This document shows, piece by piece, positions 62,183 through 64,000 of a DNA stretch of 64,000 nt. Location: assembly GCA_002688265.1 (NCBI GenBank), contig NZCK01000007.1, positions 104,739 to 168,738 of the forward strand, in the 5' to 3' direction. The notes under the pieces were generated by a model. It worked only from the letters and a program-made list of their open reading frames with translations, made no database searches and was not told the origin of the DNA. Each line of letters starts with the position of its first letter. Positions within the stretch are counted from its first letter, which is position 1. The position numbers were made by a program, and so were the translations under genes. The DNA is from an archaeon (GTDB lineage Archaea > Nanobdellota > Nanobdellia > Woesearchaeales > GW2011-AR9).

Positions 62183-64000
62183 TCACTTCTCAATCAAAAC
62201 CTTCAACCCAGAACTCTCAGTTTCAACTGCGTCTTTTGAACCAACTGCATCTATAAACTTAAACTCTTTCACATGCAAAACTGCTTTAAGATCATCCAAA
62301 CAACCTTGCAAAGACTCTTGATACTTAGATTCAAGAGTTATTGAAGCTAACTCTTCTTTTAGTGAAAGCTTATTGCTACTTTTGAACTTCCTTGTTGCAT
62401 TAATAATATCTATTGCTAAATCACCGGCTTCTTCGCACCCAGGATCTATGTCTTCTAAAGTAATCTGTGGCCAATCAGTTATATGAACTGATTTGTGACC
62501 CTCTTGCTCTCTGAAAAATAATTGATAAATTTCTTCAGTAATAAAAGGAGTAATCGGAGCCATCATTCTAAGAACAGCATACAAAGATTCTCTTAGAGCC
62601 ATTTGAGCGCTGCGTCTTTCATTATCTCCTCTCTCTTCTGGTTTGTAGAGCCGATCTTTTACAATTTCTAAATACTGATCACAAAAGTTTTGCCAAAAGA
62701 ATTTCTCCACAGCAGCTTTAGCTTTAGCATACCCATAGTTATCAAAATGTTTGGTTGCTTCATCTATTGTTTTTTGAAGTTTTGTTAGAAGCCAATGATC
62801 AAACACTTCAGTTACTTTATTGTCTTTTGCCTCTACCTCAAAATCTTCTAAATGTATACAAGAAAACTTAGCTGCATTCCACAACTTGTTAACAAACTTC
62901 TGACCCGTTTTTACATCTTTTTCCTGGTAAGGTAAATCTTCTCCAAGTTTACTAGTTGCAGCCCAATACCGAATAGCATCTGAGCTGTATTTCTCTACAA
63001 CATCTTGTGGGGCAATTACATTACCTTTAGACTTAGACATCTTATTACCCTTAGGATCCAAAACAAAACCAGAGACAGTTACATCTTTCCAAGGGTTAGT
63101 CCCGTCGTGAAGAAGTCTGGTTTTAGCCATTGTGTAGAACAACCAAAAGTTAATGATGTCATGAGATTGAGGCCGAAGAGCCATTGGGAATAATTCTCCT
63201 TTACTATGCGCCTTAGTTCCTTCTAAAAGATTGATCGCTAAAAAAGGTGTTGATGCACTAGTAAACCAAGTGTCAAGTACATCCAATTCTGGAGTTAGCT
63301 CAAGGTCTTTCGGTGCGCTTAGTGGCCGATCTTTAGTTGGATCAACAGGTAATTGAGATTCATCTGGATAATATATCTTACCGTCTTTGTCATACCAAAC
63401 AGGAATTGGAATACCATAATGACGTTGCCTGCTAAAACCCCAGTCCCAATTCAAACCCTTAATCCAATTATCTAAACGGTGTTTCATATGCTCAGGGAAC
63501 CAATTCAATTCCTCGCTGGCTTTAAGGAACTCTTCCTTTCTATCTAAATATTTAATGTACCATTGCTTGGAAACAATAATCTCAACATCAGCACCTGAAC
63601 GCTCACCCACATTTACAATCTGTTCTTTCTTTTCTGTTTTGATAATGTGACCTTTGTCAATTAGATCTTTTGCAATTTTCTTTCTAGCTTCTTCTGCTAA
63701 CATTCCTTGATATTCTTCTGCTTTCTTGTTAAGCCTACCATCTTTCTCAACCAAATCAACAGGTTCAGCCTTGTGTCTCTTGATCCATTCAATATCTTCA
63801 AGTCCACCGTAACTACAAAAATAAGCTATTCCAGTTCCAAGGTCAGCTTCAACTGCTTCATCATGAGTTATTTCTACAGTTTTGTTTACAAAAGGAATTG
63901 TTGCGTGTTTTTTGATTAAATCAGACCCTTTGATTTCACCAAGTAGTTTATGTTCTGTGTCAGAGAATTTTTCTTCGAAAGTGGCTTTCCCTGTTACCCA
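62183..64000 (-). CDS. valS: valyl-tRNA synthetase (5'-truncated by the window edge)
   Basis: KMSKSKGNV, WGFSRQRHYGIPIPVWY and LRPQSHDIINFWLFY. The reading frame stays open from 63754 to position 64000 (..GTGIAYFCSYGGLEDIEWIKRH..), so the Met in the ORF track is internal. Confidence 0.85.
   Translation of the reverse strand, partial: WVTGKATFEEKFSDTEHKLLGEIKGSDLIKKHATIPFVNKTVEITHDEAVEADLGTGIAYFCSYGGLEDIEWIKRHKAEPVDLVEKDGRLNKKAEEYQGMLAEEARKKIAKDLIDKGHIIKTEKKEQIVNVGERSGADVEIIVSKQWYIKYLDRKEEFLKASEELNWFPEHMKHRLDNWIKGLNWDWGFSRQRHYGIPIPVWYDKDGKIYYPDESQLPVDPTKDRPLSAPKDLELTPELDVLDTWFTSASTPFLAINLLEGTKAHSKGELFPMALRPQSHDIINFWLFYTMAKTRLLHDGTNPWKDVTVSGFVLDPKGNKMSKSKGNVIAPQDVVEKYSSDAIRYWAATSKLGEDLPYQEKDVKTGQKFVNKLWNAAKFSCIHLEDFEVEAKDNKVTEVFDHWLLTKLQKTIDEATKHFDNYGYAKAKAAVEKFFWQNFCDQYLEIVKDRLYKPEERGDNERRSAQMALRESLYAVLRMMAPITPFITEEIYQLFFREQEGHKSVHITDWPQITLEDIDPGCEEAGDLAIDIINATRKFKSSNKLSLKEELASITLESKYQESLQGCLDDLKAVLHVKEFKFIDAVGSKDAVETESSGLKVLIEK

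Noticed and set aside
1-64000. A search for CRISPR arrays, integrases or transposases, prophage genes, and known defence-system signatures.
   Set aside because: I saw no direct-repeat/spacer periodicity and no recognisable mobile-element or defence protein motifs in any ORF. The only sizeable nucleotide repeat is L1/L2.

Overview
This is an AT-rich archaeal chromosome segment. The archaeal assignment rests on aEF-2, L7Ae/S28e/L24e, the exosome-proteasome superoperon, family-B DNA polymerase, aCPSF1, aIF-2beta, RpoK, LSm/L37e and an intron-containing tRNA. The small-genome, DPANN-like flavour is my inference only. About 70 protein genes are called from motifs I recognise in the supplied translations; no database search was possible. 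Most are information-processing or housekeeping genes. There are a few short accessory patches (7.9-9.1 kb, 22-24 kb, 34.9-35.5 kb, 37.6-40.5 kb, 52.8-53.3 kb). Two tRNAs are present. No CRISPR array, transposase or integrase is visible. The most unusual content is non-coding. Eight G+C-rich, almost perfectly self-paired intergenic islands stand out against the AT-rich background, and no ORF explains them. (1) L1/L2 is a ~115-nt near-identical repeat that ends in the Shine-Dalgarno sequence of both rpl7ae and ndk and carries a conserved 29-31-codon upstream ORF. (2) A 155-nt island at 11.3 kb looks like an aberrant 5S rRNA. (3) X1 (28.3 kb), X2 (48.4 kb) and X3 (34.3 kb, beside the RNase P protein Pop5) share core motifs but have unrelated outer helices that still pair. 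(4) Y1 (40.6 kb) and Y2 (46.2 kb) are clearly homologous to each other. I interpret X and Y as candidate undescribed structured-RNA families. X3 may instead be a very divergent RNase P RNA. Other points worth a second look are a Rad50-like gene split by one in-frame TAA, two TrmB-regulator/PEP-utilizer swivel-domain gene pairs, an RNase HIII-like gene, and a eukaryote-type pyrimidine 5'-nucleotidase.
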